A DNA stretch of 64,000 nucleotides from Marsupella aquatica (lineage: Eukaryota > Plantae > Marchantiophyta): NCBI GenBank assembly GCA_973895155.1, contig OZ316899.1:9608287-9672286 (forward strand), given 5' to 3'. Below, one piece after another: positions 23,279 through 35,611 of this stretch. The notes beneath the pieces are model-generated. The model saw only the letters and a list, made by a program, of their open reading frames with translations, had not been told where the DNA came from and did not search any database. The position numbers and the translations under genes were made by a program. Each line of letters opens with the position of its first letter. The first letter of the stretch is position 1.

Positions 23279-26200
23279 TCACACTTGGTCACCTTCAATG
23301 TCCTCTACATCTGACACAAAAATAGTGTCTGGCTTGTCTGAAACAATGGAACGAGACCGTGGCACATATGTGATGACAAGTGACCACTCTGGGTCTAAGG
23401 GGTATGGAACATAGAAACATTGCTCCAAGTGAGATGGGAAAGTAAATGGCTCTGACGTTTGCCAATGAGATGCTTGAAAACTAGTGGCACTTGTCCTCAA
23501 CCGTGTAAACCCACTCTCATCTTGCAGTACAGTGCGATTATTACCAACAAGGTTCACTTTGAACCACTTGCACTTGAAGACATACTCCTCAAACTTAGAT
23601 TGGTTGTCATATGAGACCACCAAAATCTCCTCTATCTTCCCATAGTGTGGCACAACATCACGAACAATGTTCCTGTCATGTCGGCTACTCCGAGAGTCCT
23701 GACAAAACTGCCCTTGAACTCCACAATCAAAAGTACAAGCCCTCTTCTCATCAAGGGAAGAAATCCTGAAATTAACAAGACCCATATATTGTTACTACTA
23801 CACAAAAAACACTAATCATGTTATGAGGAACCTTTCATACCAAAAGAGAAAAACACACTTATCTTAAGTAAAATGATTACTATATCTTAAGTAGTAGTAC
23901 ATGAATATGGAAAACAAGGTTAGGAACTAGTGAAACCTGAAGTGTCTCCCTTGGGTCCACATGGCCGTCTTGGATGTTACCACTCTCAAAGGGCCATGAA
24001 CAATGGTCCGAATGTCATTTGTCATAGTAGGAAACTGTGAGACATCTCCTCCTTGTGCCAAAATGCCATCCAACTCAACCAACTTTTCCTTCATAAACTC
24101 ATGCAACTTAGGAAAAATCCTTGCCCTTTGACTCATTCTTTTGGCATTGTCATAAAACTCCCTCCATTCATCCATGACATTGCTATTACTCAACATGAAT
24201 GTATTCAACTGTGTCCACTCTGTTGATGTAAGCATGCGTGTTTTTGTTGCTCCTGTTAAACGGTCCTCCTCCTCTTGCCTCTCCTCCATCCAAGTACGTG
24301 GTAAAGTCCGATCAATGGTGGCCAAGATGTTACTACAATAAAACATGCTCTCTGCAGCCAAGTATCCTGTAGCTATGCTTCCCTCCACTCGTGCACGGTT
24401 ACGTACATAAGCCTTCAAGACTGACATATAACGCTCAAGCCAGTACATCCATCGACAATGAACTGGACCAGCAATGGCAACCTCCCTCACAAGATGCACA
24501 AGTAAATGAACCTGACAATCAAAGAAGGAAGGAGGGAGGGCCTTCTCCAACTTGCAAACCACCTCAGCAGCCAATACCTCCATTCCAGGAATCTCTTCCA
24601 CATATATCTCCTTTGAGCATATCCATCTCAACAAACGATCCAATGACCAAATGGCATCTTGCACTTCTTTGGTCCCCAACCCTATAATTGCCACTGGCAA
24701 TATATGCTGCAATAAGCGGTGATAGTCATGTGTCTTGAGATACCGTGGCCATTTGTGATTGTCCTCCATCCCAAAAGCTTTCCTCAAATTGGCACCATAG
24801 CCTGTAGGAAACCGCATCTCCCCTATACGATTCCGGAATTCACGTCTTTGGCCAACACTAAGCACCCAAGGAGCAGAAGGACGATGTTCCAAACCTGTGG
24901 CAGGATCAACTTGTACCCATACATCTGGATGCATTTCCAACTCTTCACATGCCTCCCTGAAGTTAGTGTCCTTCTCCCCATAAAAATGAGCTATCAACGC
25001 CTTCCCCACATTTCCCTCTATGTGCATGGGGTCTAAAAGATGGCGGATCTTCAACTCTGACCAATAGGGCAAACTGGCTAGTATACTCCACCTCGTCAAC
25101 CCAGTACCATCAAAGGTGAGGGGATCATCAGGGTCTGCCACCCTATCAGCTAGTGACTTCCAATGCCCAAAAGTTGTTGGTTCCGGAATTTCCCGCATAT
25201 CACCAAGGGGCATGTCAAAGGAGGAAAATAAAAGTGGGTCAGACCTCATCTCATGCCCCATCGGAAGAAACTTTGTATGCCCAATGTAAACAATCTTCCT
25301 AAGCCATGGGGACCAAATTGCCATATCTTGCAATTGTGGACCACAGGTGGAGCAAGCTTTGTACCCCTGAGTTTGCAATCCAGAGACAAAGCCAAACCCT
25401 GGTTACACCAAAAATAAAACCAGACTAAATGTTAGGGTTGTCACATGACAAACAAGTATATTAAAGAGCATATCAAAGAAGGGTGGCATATGGTCAAAAA
25501 GTCATCTTACCAGGATAGTCATGCATTGTCCAACAAACTACCCCTCTCAATTTAAATACACGTGGAATGCCTCCTGTATTTTTCCTGCCATCATATGCCC
25601 ACACTCCACCCCACAGTTTTTGGAGTTCTCCAATCAATAGTGCCAAATAAGTGTCAAAGTTCTTCACCTTTTTTGGACCTGGAATAATCAAAGACAGCAA
25701 GAGGAACCCCTTCTTCATGGATAGCCATGGTGGAAGGTTGTAATTCATCACAACCACGGGCCAAACTGATGTAGGTCTTCCCTTGCCTCCAAGGGCATGA
25801 GGACTAACCCCATCAGATGCCAATCCCAACCTCACATGACGAGGATCATGTGCAAAGTCTGGCCATGTTTCCTCAATCTGTTTGACTGCAGGAGAGTCAA
25901 TTGGCAACCGCATAACACCAGGCTCTCATCGATGAGTCTTATGCCATACCATCAACTCTACCAAATCAGAACACCTGTACATGTGCAACAACCAAGGAAT
26001 GAAGGGAAACCAACGAACAACTTTTCTTGGCACCTTCTTTGTAATCATGTTGGGGTCATACCGTGGCTCATGACATTTAGTACACTGTGTCTTCTTCTCA
26101 TCGGCCCCATGAAATAACATGCAATCATTCACACATGCATGAATGATATGATATTCCATGCCAATTGATGAGAGAACACGCTTGGCCTCCTTCCAAGTTC

Positions 26201-27989
26201 CTGGCAACACATTTCCAGAAGGTAACATAAGGTCATGACAAAGTGCAAACATATCAGATAACAAGGCATTGCTTGCCTTGTGTTTGGCCTGTAGATTCAT
26301 CAACCCCAAGATAGCAGAAAGACGACTCAAATGAGCACCCTCATAGACAGGAGTTCGGGCATGTTCCTCTGCTTCCCCCCATTGGCGGTGTCCCTCGGGG
26401 GTATGTCTTGGTCGTGGATCATTGGGGGGCACATGACCTCCTTGATCAGCAGACACCTCAGCATCATCACCAGGGACGTCAACACCAAACCAATCAACCA
26501 TAAAATCATCCATGGCTCTATCTTGGTCATCAATAACCTGTTCATATGTTCTGGGTAAATTGCAATCAGGGTTGTTGCTTCCACTGTCACTTGATGAGGA
26601 ATGTGACTCAGAGCCTTGTCCTTCTTCCGGCATATCCATTTCCCGATATGCTGCTCTCAATCTCCGCGGTAACATATTTTGAGAGGGTCGCACATTCTAA
26701 AAACAATGCAAACAATTGAAAGTTACAAAGCAAATAGTTACAACATGTAGAAGAATATATGGGGGTGTGAAAACATGAAATAATATCGGTACTGGTGTAA
26801 ATACAAAATGTGGCCAAACGCCATGTGTATGGTCATTTTCTAATACCACACATAGTGAGTAAACAACTCATCACCTGAGTGAATGGTCCTAGTAGCTATA
26901 ACCAGACAATGGTCATGATGATATGTCTGGCCATAAGGGGCTGGTGGAGGACCCTCAATGAAACCCACTCACAATTTTGCCTACGCTTGGGGCGAGTCCC
27001 CACAGTACTGTTTATGAAACCAGCTATATTCCCAGTTCGTATGGGGTCCCCATCTATCACCCGCTGCTCACTATACCTCCTAGTGTTTCCATCAAAAGTA
27101 TCTAACTCCAAGGCATAAGTCTTCCACTCAGGATGTTGTGCAAGGATCATGGTCCAATGTCTTCTCTTGTAGATGGGTCCACCATAAGGAAACAACGTAG
27201 GTCCTTCTCGACCGCGTCCACCACTACCACTCTCGGTATCCACAATGATGTCTTGACAAGCAAAAACTCCATAGCCATGTCTATCCCCAAGTGTGGAAGG
27301 TTTGATAACCCAACGTCTTCCCCAAACCTCTACCTCCTCACCATAGGAAAGCTCTTGTGGCAAACCAAGAGTCTGGGGATCCCAGTCCTTGATGATAGGA
27401 ACACATCTGCCAGTAAACTCACAATCACCCCACCTATCGGTAACCACTGCCTTGTACAAATCAGTATCCCCTCGGGGCCGTCTCTTGGAACGCTTTCTCC
27501 CTCTTGGGACAACAGGCTCACCCCCAACTGCCCTAGGACTGGAGGGGGCTGTTGCTAGACCCAAGGCTTGTGAGAATGCATTGCCTATAGCATCTAGAAC
27601 ACCTTGTGATGGGACATAAGGTGCTGATGCCGCAGGTCTAGGCCTACTAGATACCTATTCCACCCAAACCAAAACAAACAACAAGAGGTGTGAAATTAAA
27701 AACCTTCACCATTGCGATGTGGAAATAGGGTAGAAACTAAGGCGTAAACACTTACCACATGGGATGAGGAAGCCCCTGTTGTATGACGTCCGTAACGTCC
27801 ATATCTCTCAATATGCTGGGTGCATATATAGGACTTTTGGGAAACCTGACCCACGCATTTGGCACATTGGCAAAGCTGACGGGGTGGACCACGAGGAGGA
27901 GGTGCAGTCGTGTGAGGTTGAGGAGGAGGTGGTATATCTTCATCGGAGGAGGAAGAATCTGTGGTGGAGATCTCAGAAGATGAAGACAT
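23279..27989 (-). pseudogene. CACTA-B TnpD/Tnp2-type transposase, predicted exons 27989-27756, 26696-25511, 25398-23937, 23765-23279
   Basis: Exon 1 has the Cys/His transposase-associated motif CQCAKC...HIERYG. Core motifs: IHACVNDC, RHVRLGLASDG, NYNLPPW, TMHDYP, LDPMHIEGNV, LKTHDYH, VHLLVHL, GPVHCRWMYWLERYM, EGSIA, FKCKWF. GT-AG sites are phase-compatible; in-frame stop at 25926. Confidence 0.88.
26840..27654 (-). pseudogene. SET-domain exon of CACTA-B (one frameshift near 26962)
   Basis: IKPSTLGDRHGYGVFACQDI, LFPYGG, IDGDPIRTGNIAGFINS...NCEW, then after a 1-nt deletion DHCLVIATRTIHSGDELFTHYVWY*; preceded by acceptor AG at 27656-27655. Confidence 0.85.
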
Positions 27990-28399
27990 TGCCCCTACAA
28001 AGATGTATAATTTGCAAGTTAGGGGTTATTACCAAATAACATCACAATATCAAGCTGGACAAATGTAAGTTCTCAAGTAATGATGACATGAAACCAAACA
28101 CAAAAGGAACACTAAAAAATACCTTTCTGAGACCCAGGCTCAACGGTGCCAATAGGTCTTGTGGCTCTAAAATAATGAACCAAATCTGGAAGTATGAGAA
28201 AAGCTGCAAGTACACAAAGCGAACACCTTACATACATGTCCTCTTTATAGATAGTGGGAACCAAAAATTTTAATTACATGAATAAGCCTAACTAGACCCA
28301 TCTATTTTAGTCCGTACCTCCAGATGCCCGGGCTCTCACGATGCATACGCATTAGCTAGTATCAATTCATGCAAAAGTGCCGCACCCTGCAAGTTGTCA

Positions 28400-28900
28400 T
28401 AGCTCCTCCTCCTTTGTTAGCATAAAACCCATGGAAAAACCATTAAAACCCAAAAGATCCATAAAACCCATTAAAACCCATAAAACCCATGGTAAAACAA
28501 CTAAAACATTAATCTCATCTAACCTTGCTTTGCCTTTTCCAAACCCTCACCCCCAAACCTCTGACCTATTACAAAAACCTAGACCCTCACTCCCAATCCC
28601 CTTCCTCTCTTTTGTTTTAAACCCTAAACCCTTGCTTGAACCCTAAAAGCCTACAACCATAAATGCAAACCCTGCTTAAACCCAAAATTAAAGACTTAAA
28701 CCCTAAACCCAAACCCAACTTTAATCCTAAACCCTTTCCTCACTTATTAATTTTAAACCAAAACCCAACTCTTATCAAAATTAGCCTACACCCACACCAT
28801 GTATAGCTTAAAAAACGGAAGGTTTGACTGGTAATCTCGCTTTTAACCCCTAAAAAAACCAGCTTCATCCAAGACCCAACCCTAACAAACGTCGGGATTT
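28400..28900 (+). repeat. AAACCC(T)-rich, telo-box-like tract between the divergent CACTA-B genes
   Basis: Many AAACCCTA / AAAACCCA / AAACCCAA units. Confidence 0.7.
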
Positions 28901-29354
28901 GAAACGACGGAATTTCTTAATTACACAAAAGGGCACAGTATAACTTACATGGCCTAAACAAAAGGAGGAGGGAAAGAATGTGAAAAAAAATTTCGCCAGG
29001 AATTGCCACGATATTGAGAACCGACCTGCTTCGCAACCTGCTTCAGAATTTGGTCACATTATTTGCGAAGCAAAATGTTTCGCAACAGCTTCGGAAAAAT
29101 AGAGCTCGAGAGCATTTTTCGCGTCTCTGCAGCTTTGCGAAGGCTTTGCAAAGCGTGTGGTTTCGCATTGGTTTTGGAAAGTTGAGATACTAGTTGCGAA
29201 GCGGGCTGATTCACAAATTGCGATGCGGACTGCGTCGCAAATGTGTTTTGTCTGGGCATTCGGACCTTCCAGCCGGGTTACGAGGCCCATTCGACGTTTT
29301 TTGAAGTGAGGGAGGGCAGGAGGAGAGCTTGCGCGCGCTTGGTGTTGGATAGCT

Positions 29355-31396
29355 ATGGATTCTAGTGGAGGGCGTGGAGGGGATGGGGCAGGGGCAAGTG
29401 GGAGTGGGAGTGGCAATGGCAATGGAGGGAACAGGAATGAGGAGAGTAATCAATGGACGAATTTGATGGCCGAGCATCTCAATGCCACACAGCTGAGCCA
29501 TTTGGATTTGAGTACACCAGCTGGGATTGCTTCTTTGAGTGCAATTCTAGGGCAAGCTTTGCAAACCGGGGTTGCAGCAGGGTAGGCTTAGAGGGAGAAA
29601 GAGGCAAAGGCTGTAGCTGAGGAGAAGGCCAGAGAGAAGAAACGAAAGAAGGAGGAGAGGGCTAAGGCAGGAGTACTCTCTCCTGCAGCCCTCGAAAAGA
29701 AGAGGAGAAGGGAGGAACAAGATGAGATTCGAGCACAACGTGAGGCGCAGCGGAAAAAGGAGGAAGAGAGGAAGAAGCTGCCATTGATTGCCTTGGTTGA
29801 GGGCATTCCTACTGAGTTGGCCTACACTGGGGCAAAGAGCACTATCAGGCTTGCTGTGAGGACTAGCTTTGCACGAGGTGTTGAGTGGGGGAAACTAAGC
29901 AGAGTAGAGGAAAGTAATGACTTAGGTCAAAGATTCATTCAGAAATGGAGCAGAGATTGATGACCAGTGGCTTGCAGATAGAATTTCGAATTCAATGTCT
30001 CAAGCACGATACCATGATAGGAGGAAGGTGAGGGCCTACCTGGCAAGCTTGCAGGAGTACAGGAACGTGAGGAGGCCAGTGCAATTCATAGAGGATGTGT
30101 GGAACGCGTTCTATAAGGTCGAGGTGCAGCTGAAAGTAGCCAAGGACCTCCAATTCTGGAAGGAGAAGGAGGCCAAGGCACTTCAGGCCGGGAAGTCAGA
30201 CCAAGACCTCAAGGCATTGGCTGAGAAGGTCTCTCAGCTGCAGCACATTGTGTATGAAGTGGGGACACCACCCCAGAAGTTCATCCTTGCAGCAGACCGA
30301 GTCAGCAAACGCCCCAAGACCACACACAAGATGGGGCAAGGTGGACTTCCCGGCCTGAAAGCAACCTTCGTGAGTCCTCTCCCCTCCTCCCCTGCTTCTT
30401 TTCCTTCGCCTTCAATTGTTGTTTGCTTGCCTGCAATGCCCCTCGCAGACCTCTGCTTTACCCCTTATGGCCTCCCCTTTCGTTTTAGGTCACCCTGACA
30501 CATTGCGTGCCTTAGCCATTTCTCGGATTTTTTTAAAAGCACAGTTTGCGAAACAATTGCGAAGCGGGTTGCCTCGCAATTGTTTCGCAAACTCTATTAT
30601 AACCTTTTTCCCGTAAGGTTTGCGAAGCCATTGCGAAGCAATCCGATTCGCAGTCTATTTTGCAAACTTAAATATATTTGAATTTGCGAAGGTGGGAGTT
30701 TTGCAAAGCTTGTTTCATTTTGAAAAACGTTTAGTGTCGAGTGACAAATGTTTGTTAGGGTAATGGGGTTTTTTCTGGTTAGGGTACCCTTTTTACCCTT
30801 TTTAGGATTCCTTTTTTGCTTAAGTACCCTTAGTTACTAACCCGGGCCCCTTATGTTTTGGTGTTTCAATTTTTTGTGGTAGTATAAGAGGTACCGCCGC
30901 AAGATAACAACAAAGGAGATGGAGATAGGGGCAGAGCATGGGGCCAGACATCTCTTTGAGTTGGTTGATGCAGAGTTGGCTAGTGTGAGTGATTTGTAGT
31001 ACCCTTTCTAAACCCGCACCCATTCCATTTATAAGGTTTATACATTTTTCCTATTAACCCTAAACCCGAATTAACCTTGTGACATGGAAGCAGGATAAGG
31101 AGAAGCAGGAGGGGAGTGAGGATAGCAGTGAGGAGGATAGCGGCGCTGATGATGGGGACACTACCGGGGCCACCACGAGTGGGTCCAGAGGGGCAGGGAG
31201 TGCTGCCACACCTAGCACACCAGGAGACCAGGAGGATGATGATGAGGATGATGACGATGATGAGGATGAGCCAGATGGGGAGGAGCAGCAGGCACCACCA
31301 CCACCACCACCCCCCTCCCGTCCAGCTCGTCCCGCCCAAAGCAAGAAGGACAAGGGGAAGAGGCCAGCAAAGAGGAGTAGGCGGGCTCCATTCTAG
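29355..31396 (+). pseudogene. CACTA-B second gene, TnpA/Transposase_24-like, spliced, with stops and frameshifts
   Basis: MDSSGG..., a charged coiled region, RPVQFIEDVWNAF, HKMGQGG (resembles the HxxG motif of Ptta/En/Spm ORF2), donor GTGAGT at 30370, small exon at about 30883-30984, acidic last exon; conserved in CACTA-A. The family assignment is by eye. Confidence 0.65.
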
Positions 31397-32495
31397 AGGA
31401 TGCAGATGTAGTTCACTCCATATGGCATATGGATTAGTCAAAGGATAGTGTCTTGGTATTTGATACCCCATAGGGTTTTAGAAAACCCTAATTTTTGTAC
31501 ATTCAGGGATTTTTGGCATATATAAAGTTTTGCTTTGGTATCTTCATGTGGAGCAATAAGACCCCAACCCAATTATGAACCCAAATATACAAAACCCAGC
31601 CCTCAAACTATCCTTGCGAAACACATGCGAACGCCATACTATCGCAAACTTGCCATACATTGAGTATTGGAACATTGCGATACTTTTGGTTCCGCAATTG
31701 TGCGACACCCTGACTGACGCAGTTATGCGATACCATATGAATGGCAACGGAATTGTCAAGACAACAACTTTGCAAATAAGTTATAGTTCAGAGCGCATCG
31801 CAAACCGATAAAGAGTCTGTCGAGATCGCATAAATGTGATTTATGTGCGATAAAATAAGTTTCGCAGTGTGCAAAGGTGTTGCGAAGGGGTTGCGAAAGT
31901 CCGATTGCGAAGCTGTGGGTTTCAAAGAATGCGAAAGGGTTGCGATGCGTAGCGTTTCGCAAACGCCGAAATTTCATAATTTGGTCCTTTGTTAGTTGCG
32001 ATGGGACGGGGTTCGCAAAAGGGGTCGGTAGTGTTGTAGTGACTACAAAGGGAACATATGCGTACACTTAGTTGACCCGACAGCCTCGGAATGAACAGGT
32101 TCAAGGCCGAGGGTGCACACTACAACGGAGCCCGGCTTCGCACTTGCCCGACGAGCTTAGTCCTACCCCCTCCCCTTGGTACTCTTTCATTCCCAGAGGT
32201 CAGGACTCCCCGCACATACCGCGGACGTCCAACTCTGCAACTAAAAACCCCCCCTTGCCTCTACCGAGGGGTGCACTAAATACTAAGGGATGAGGGATGG
32301 GGTGTCCTCTCGCCGAAGATTCGCTGCCTAAGGTCCTAACTAAGCTGACAGTCAGGCCGGAAAATGGCTGTCTTATTAGAAGATCCTAATCTACGCAGGC
32401 TGGACAGCATGGCAGCGCTGCTGTACCTGAGGCAGGTGCCTGTCCCAAGAGCCTGACTAAGCCAGTCCTAATCCTAATCTATTCCTACTCCGCTG

Positions 32496-35178
32496 CTAAT
32501 GCTTGGGACGCTTGCCAGAGCCGCCCGAATGGGAGCGGCCATCCCGCTGCCTTCGAAGCCTGTCATTGTCCGCCTTGAGGAGCTGGACCTGGTCCAGCAG
32601 AGATTTTTTCTCTCGCCTCGCAGCGTCCGTCTCCTCTACTGCCTCCTGACATGCCTCCTCCAGCTGCTGGGCGTCGCTCATCAGTTTACCCGCCAGCTGG
32701 TCCTGCTTCTCGGCCTCGGTTTGGAGCCGCGCCACCTCGGTCTGCAGCGTGGCTATCTCCGCCGTGTCCCGCTGGGCGCGTTCCTCGGCCTCCTCCAGGT
32801 CTTTCTGCCAGGTGACGGTTTGATTCTTCAAACTGTCAATCTGGTTCCGGAGTCGTGTAATCTCGGCCTCGTTCCCAGCTTTGGCCTGTTCGGCTAGGGC
32901 GGTAAGAGCGTGCGCCTTTGCTAACAACTCATCGGCGGCTGCAACCTTGGGTCGTAGTTGCAAAAGCTCAGCCTCTTGAGCCGCAACTTCGTTCTTTAGG
33001 TACACGGACTCCACCCGGTACCGCTCTATCCTCTGAAGGGCCACTGACTGGGCCCGATCTGCCTTTACTGCGGCAACCAACTCCTGATTGAAGAAACAGG
33101 CTACCTTCCGGGCCATGAACTCCCCGGTATCCCGGGCAATTTGATGAGAGAAATCTCCCAGAAGCCCGTTCAGAAATGTACCCGGTACGAAGAGTTCCGG
33201 GTGGTCCAGGTTGTGCCTGTTCGGAGTTGGGCACGGGCAGACGTCAACACGTGCGGGGGCCGGGGCAGTGACGTCCAGCCCTGGGGACGTAACGTTGGAA
33301 GGGGCTGGAGTGTCCTCCTGCAGCAATGTCCAGTTCTCCGGAATAGCCACCGGTGGGTCTTTGGGAGACCCGGGCTCGGGTAAGACCTCCAGCGTACCGA
33401 CTTCTGTACTTAGCCCGGCTTGTTGGGTCGCATCAACGGTTGCGACAACCGACCCATCCGGTACCTCCTTGGTTACGACTACAGCTACTTGTGGAGGTGG
33501 GGTGGGTGAAGCTGGCGTGTTCGCTGGACTTCGGGCCTCGGGTTGGGGCCGTCTCTCCAAGGCCGGGAAAACCCACCTAGCTGGGACCAGCTTTGTAACG
33601 TTGACACGGGGAAGGGTTCGTCGATCAAACCGGGCGTACCACTCAAGAATGATCTCGATGTGGCTAGCGAAATACGCCTTCCCGCCAATGTACAACGTCT
33701 TCCTTCGCCGCTCCATCTCTTCATGGAATTTCTTAGCGAAGTACGACGCCCACTTCCTAGGTCGATAGTTCTCGACCTGGATAACCTGGGCGGCGAAGAT
33801 CTCCCCCCGGGGTTCCATCATGTGGAGGGCGTACCTCTGGAACTCCAGTCGCTCAGCTATCTCGGGGATGAGGTAGGTCTTCATCACGAACCCGTTGTCC
33901 ACTGCTCCCTCTGAGGGAAAACTTGAAGATTGGTACTTGGCTCCCTTGCCCCCGGGAGCCCGTGATTCGACTCGATGGTCACCTTCGGGTAACCCAAAGA
34001 TCATCCTGAGCCGTTCTTCCATGAGGGACATACTCCTTCCCCGCAGCCGAGTATGTTGACACGCGTCGTCATAATTCCTGACGAACTCCATCATGTCCTC
34101 CCCGTAGTACCTGCAAGTGTTCCAGGGGAGGGAGGCGAGGTGCTCAAATCCCTGAGTCTTCAGGTACACCGCATGCTTGGGATGGAGGATGTTTTTGTGA
34201 ACGTTTTCCCCCATGCGGTGCATCGTCACCTTGGCTACGGCTACCGTGGCCAACGGTAACCCGAATGCAGTGGTGGATTCCTTCCTCTTCTTCTCCCGTG
34301 ACTGGCTCGGGGAAGGTGACACTTCCCCATCCTCCCGATCAGGCCTGGGTAGTGCCACTGCCGTTAGTAACGGGCCCGGGGCGGCCATGGTCACCATGTT
34401 GTCTGCCGGGGCCGCTCCTGGGGTCAGAGCAGGGGGTGGGGACGATATAGTGTCGGCCCCCTGAGCGCTTGTTCCTCTGGGCCGCCTGGTCAAGGGTGGG
34501 GTAGCCTCGTCGTCATCGCTAAGATCCATAGCGTTGATGACGGAGCATACTTGTGCTGGCTGGGCGATCGGTGGTGGGGTTTGGCTAGGCTGCGGCTGAG
34601 GCTGAAGCTGAAGCTGAGCCTGAGGTTGAGCCTGAGGTTGCATGGGTATGGGTACGGGTACGGGTACGGGTTCGACTGAGTTGGTCATGTTGGTTGATGG
34701 CCGAGTTCCCATGAAGCTCTGTAGGTGCTGGTAGAAGTTCTCCAAAGCAGGTGCAGACGACCTTGTCGAACGGGTAGTGCTGGACTCGCTGTTGATGATA
34801 GCCCAAACCTGAGCAGGGATGTGGTCGAAGTGATGTCGTTGCAAGTCGATTGTACCCGAGATATTGAAGACCTCGTCCGGAAGCCGAAGCAATGCTTCCC
34901 AGAAGCCGAAGCAATGCTTCCCAGAAACCGATATATTTGTCTCCGTTGAAGAAGTACCCAGATACCTCTGCTGGTCGGTAAAGCTCGCTCTGAGATGGGT
35001 AGTCAAAGTTAAGGATGTAGTGGTGTCGTCCTGCTAGGCGGATGGCTCTCTCGTACTCGCGTTCGATTTTGTATCGGCGCGGGTTGGCGTGTTTTAATGA
35101 GTCGGCCAAGTGCCTTCCGGTAGATAGGAACTGCGTCCATAATTGAATGGCCGAGCTGGAGAGGATCGTGTGCGACAT
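32496..35178 (-). pseudogene. LTR-embedded gene, 3' LTR copy (frameshifted by a 22-bp tandem duplication at 34880-34923)
   Basis: ORF 34585-35178 (MSHTIL...) switches into ORF 32496-35006 at the duplicated GAAGCCGAAGCAATGCTTCCCA. Contains a Pro/Gln linker, the PMD-like core GFEHLASLPW...MEFVRNYD...LRMIFGLPEG, a coiled coil and a basic C-terminus KRPKH. Confidence 0.85.
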
Positions 35179-35611
35179 TCAGAGGAGATAGTAGTGGTGA
35201 CTTAGAGCGAACGAGAGAGCTGGGGTCGAAGCTGGCGCGTGGACTGATGGACTGGTGCACTACAAAGGGTTGGCTCCCCTTTTATACCTTGAGGGCTTGT
35301 CGATCCCCCGACGTCTCCTCGACGCCCATAGGCTGAACCGCTCATGCTTGTGGTGTACCGGCCACTCCGCCGGTCTGAGTCAGCGCGTGTCAGTGGCCGC
35401 TTCTTAAGTACGTTATACGGACCCGAGGGAGGGGCCCCTCCACGCTCGTAACCCGGGTGTGCAAATAGCGACCCGCCGCCAGTCTGAACCTGAATTCCCC
35501 CTTATTGCCTAATGATGTCCTACCCATAATGATTACCTAAATACTATCGTTATGCTAATAATAGCGGCCTAAGACACTCCTAATGCGCGTGCTAAGCGCA
35601 GTTAGACCGAA

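Larger units (their letters stand above)
22382..32041. mobile_element. CACTA (En/Spm) element B, 9660 bp
   Basis: Ends CACTACAACA...TGTTGTAGTG; TSD ACT (22379-22381 / 32042-32044); empty site TTTTACT|CCAAAGGG present in the sister LTR near 42180; TTGCGA/TCGCAA subterminal repeats. Confidence 0.95.

Noticed and set aside
32496-35178. Calling the LTR ORF an env gene
   Set aside because: I see no signal peptide or transmembrane segment; basic NLS-like patches and a coiled coil suggest a soluble nuclear protein.
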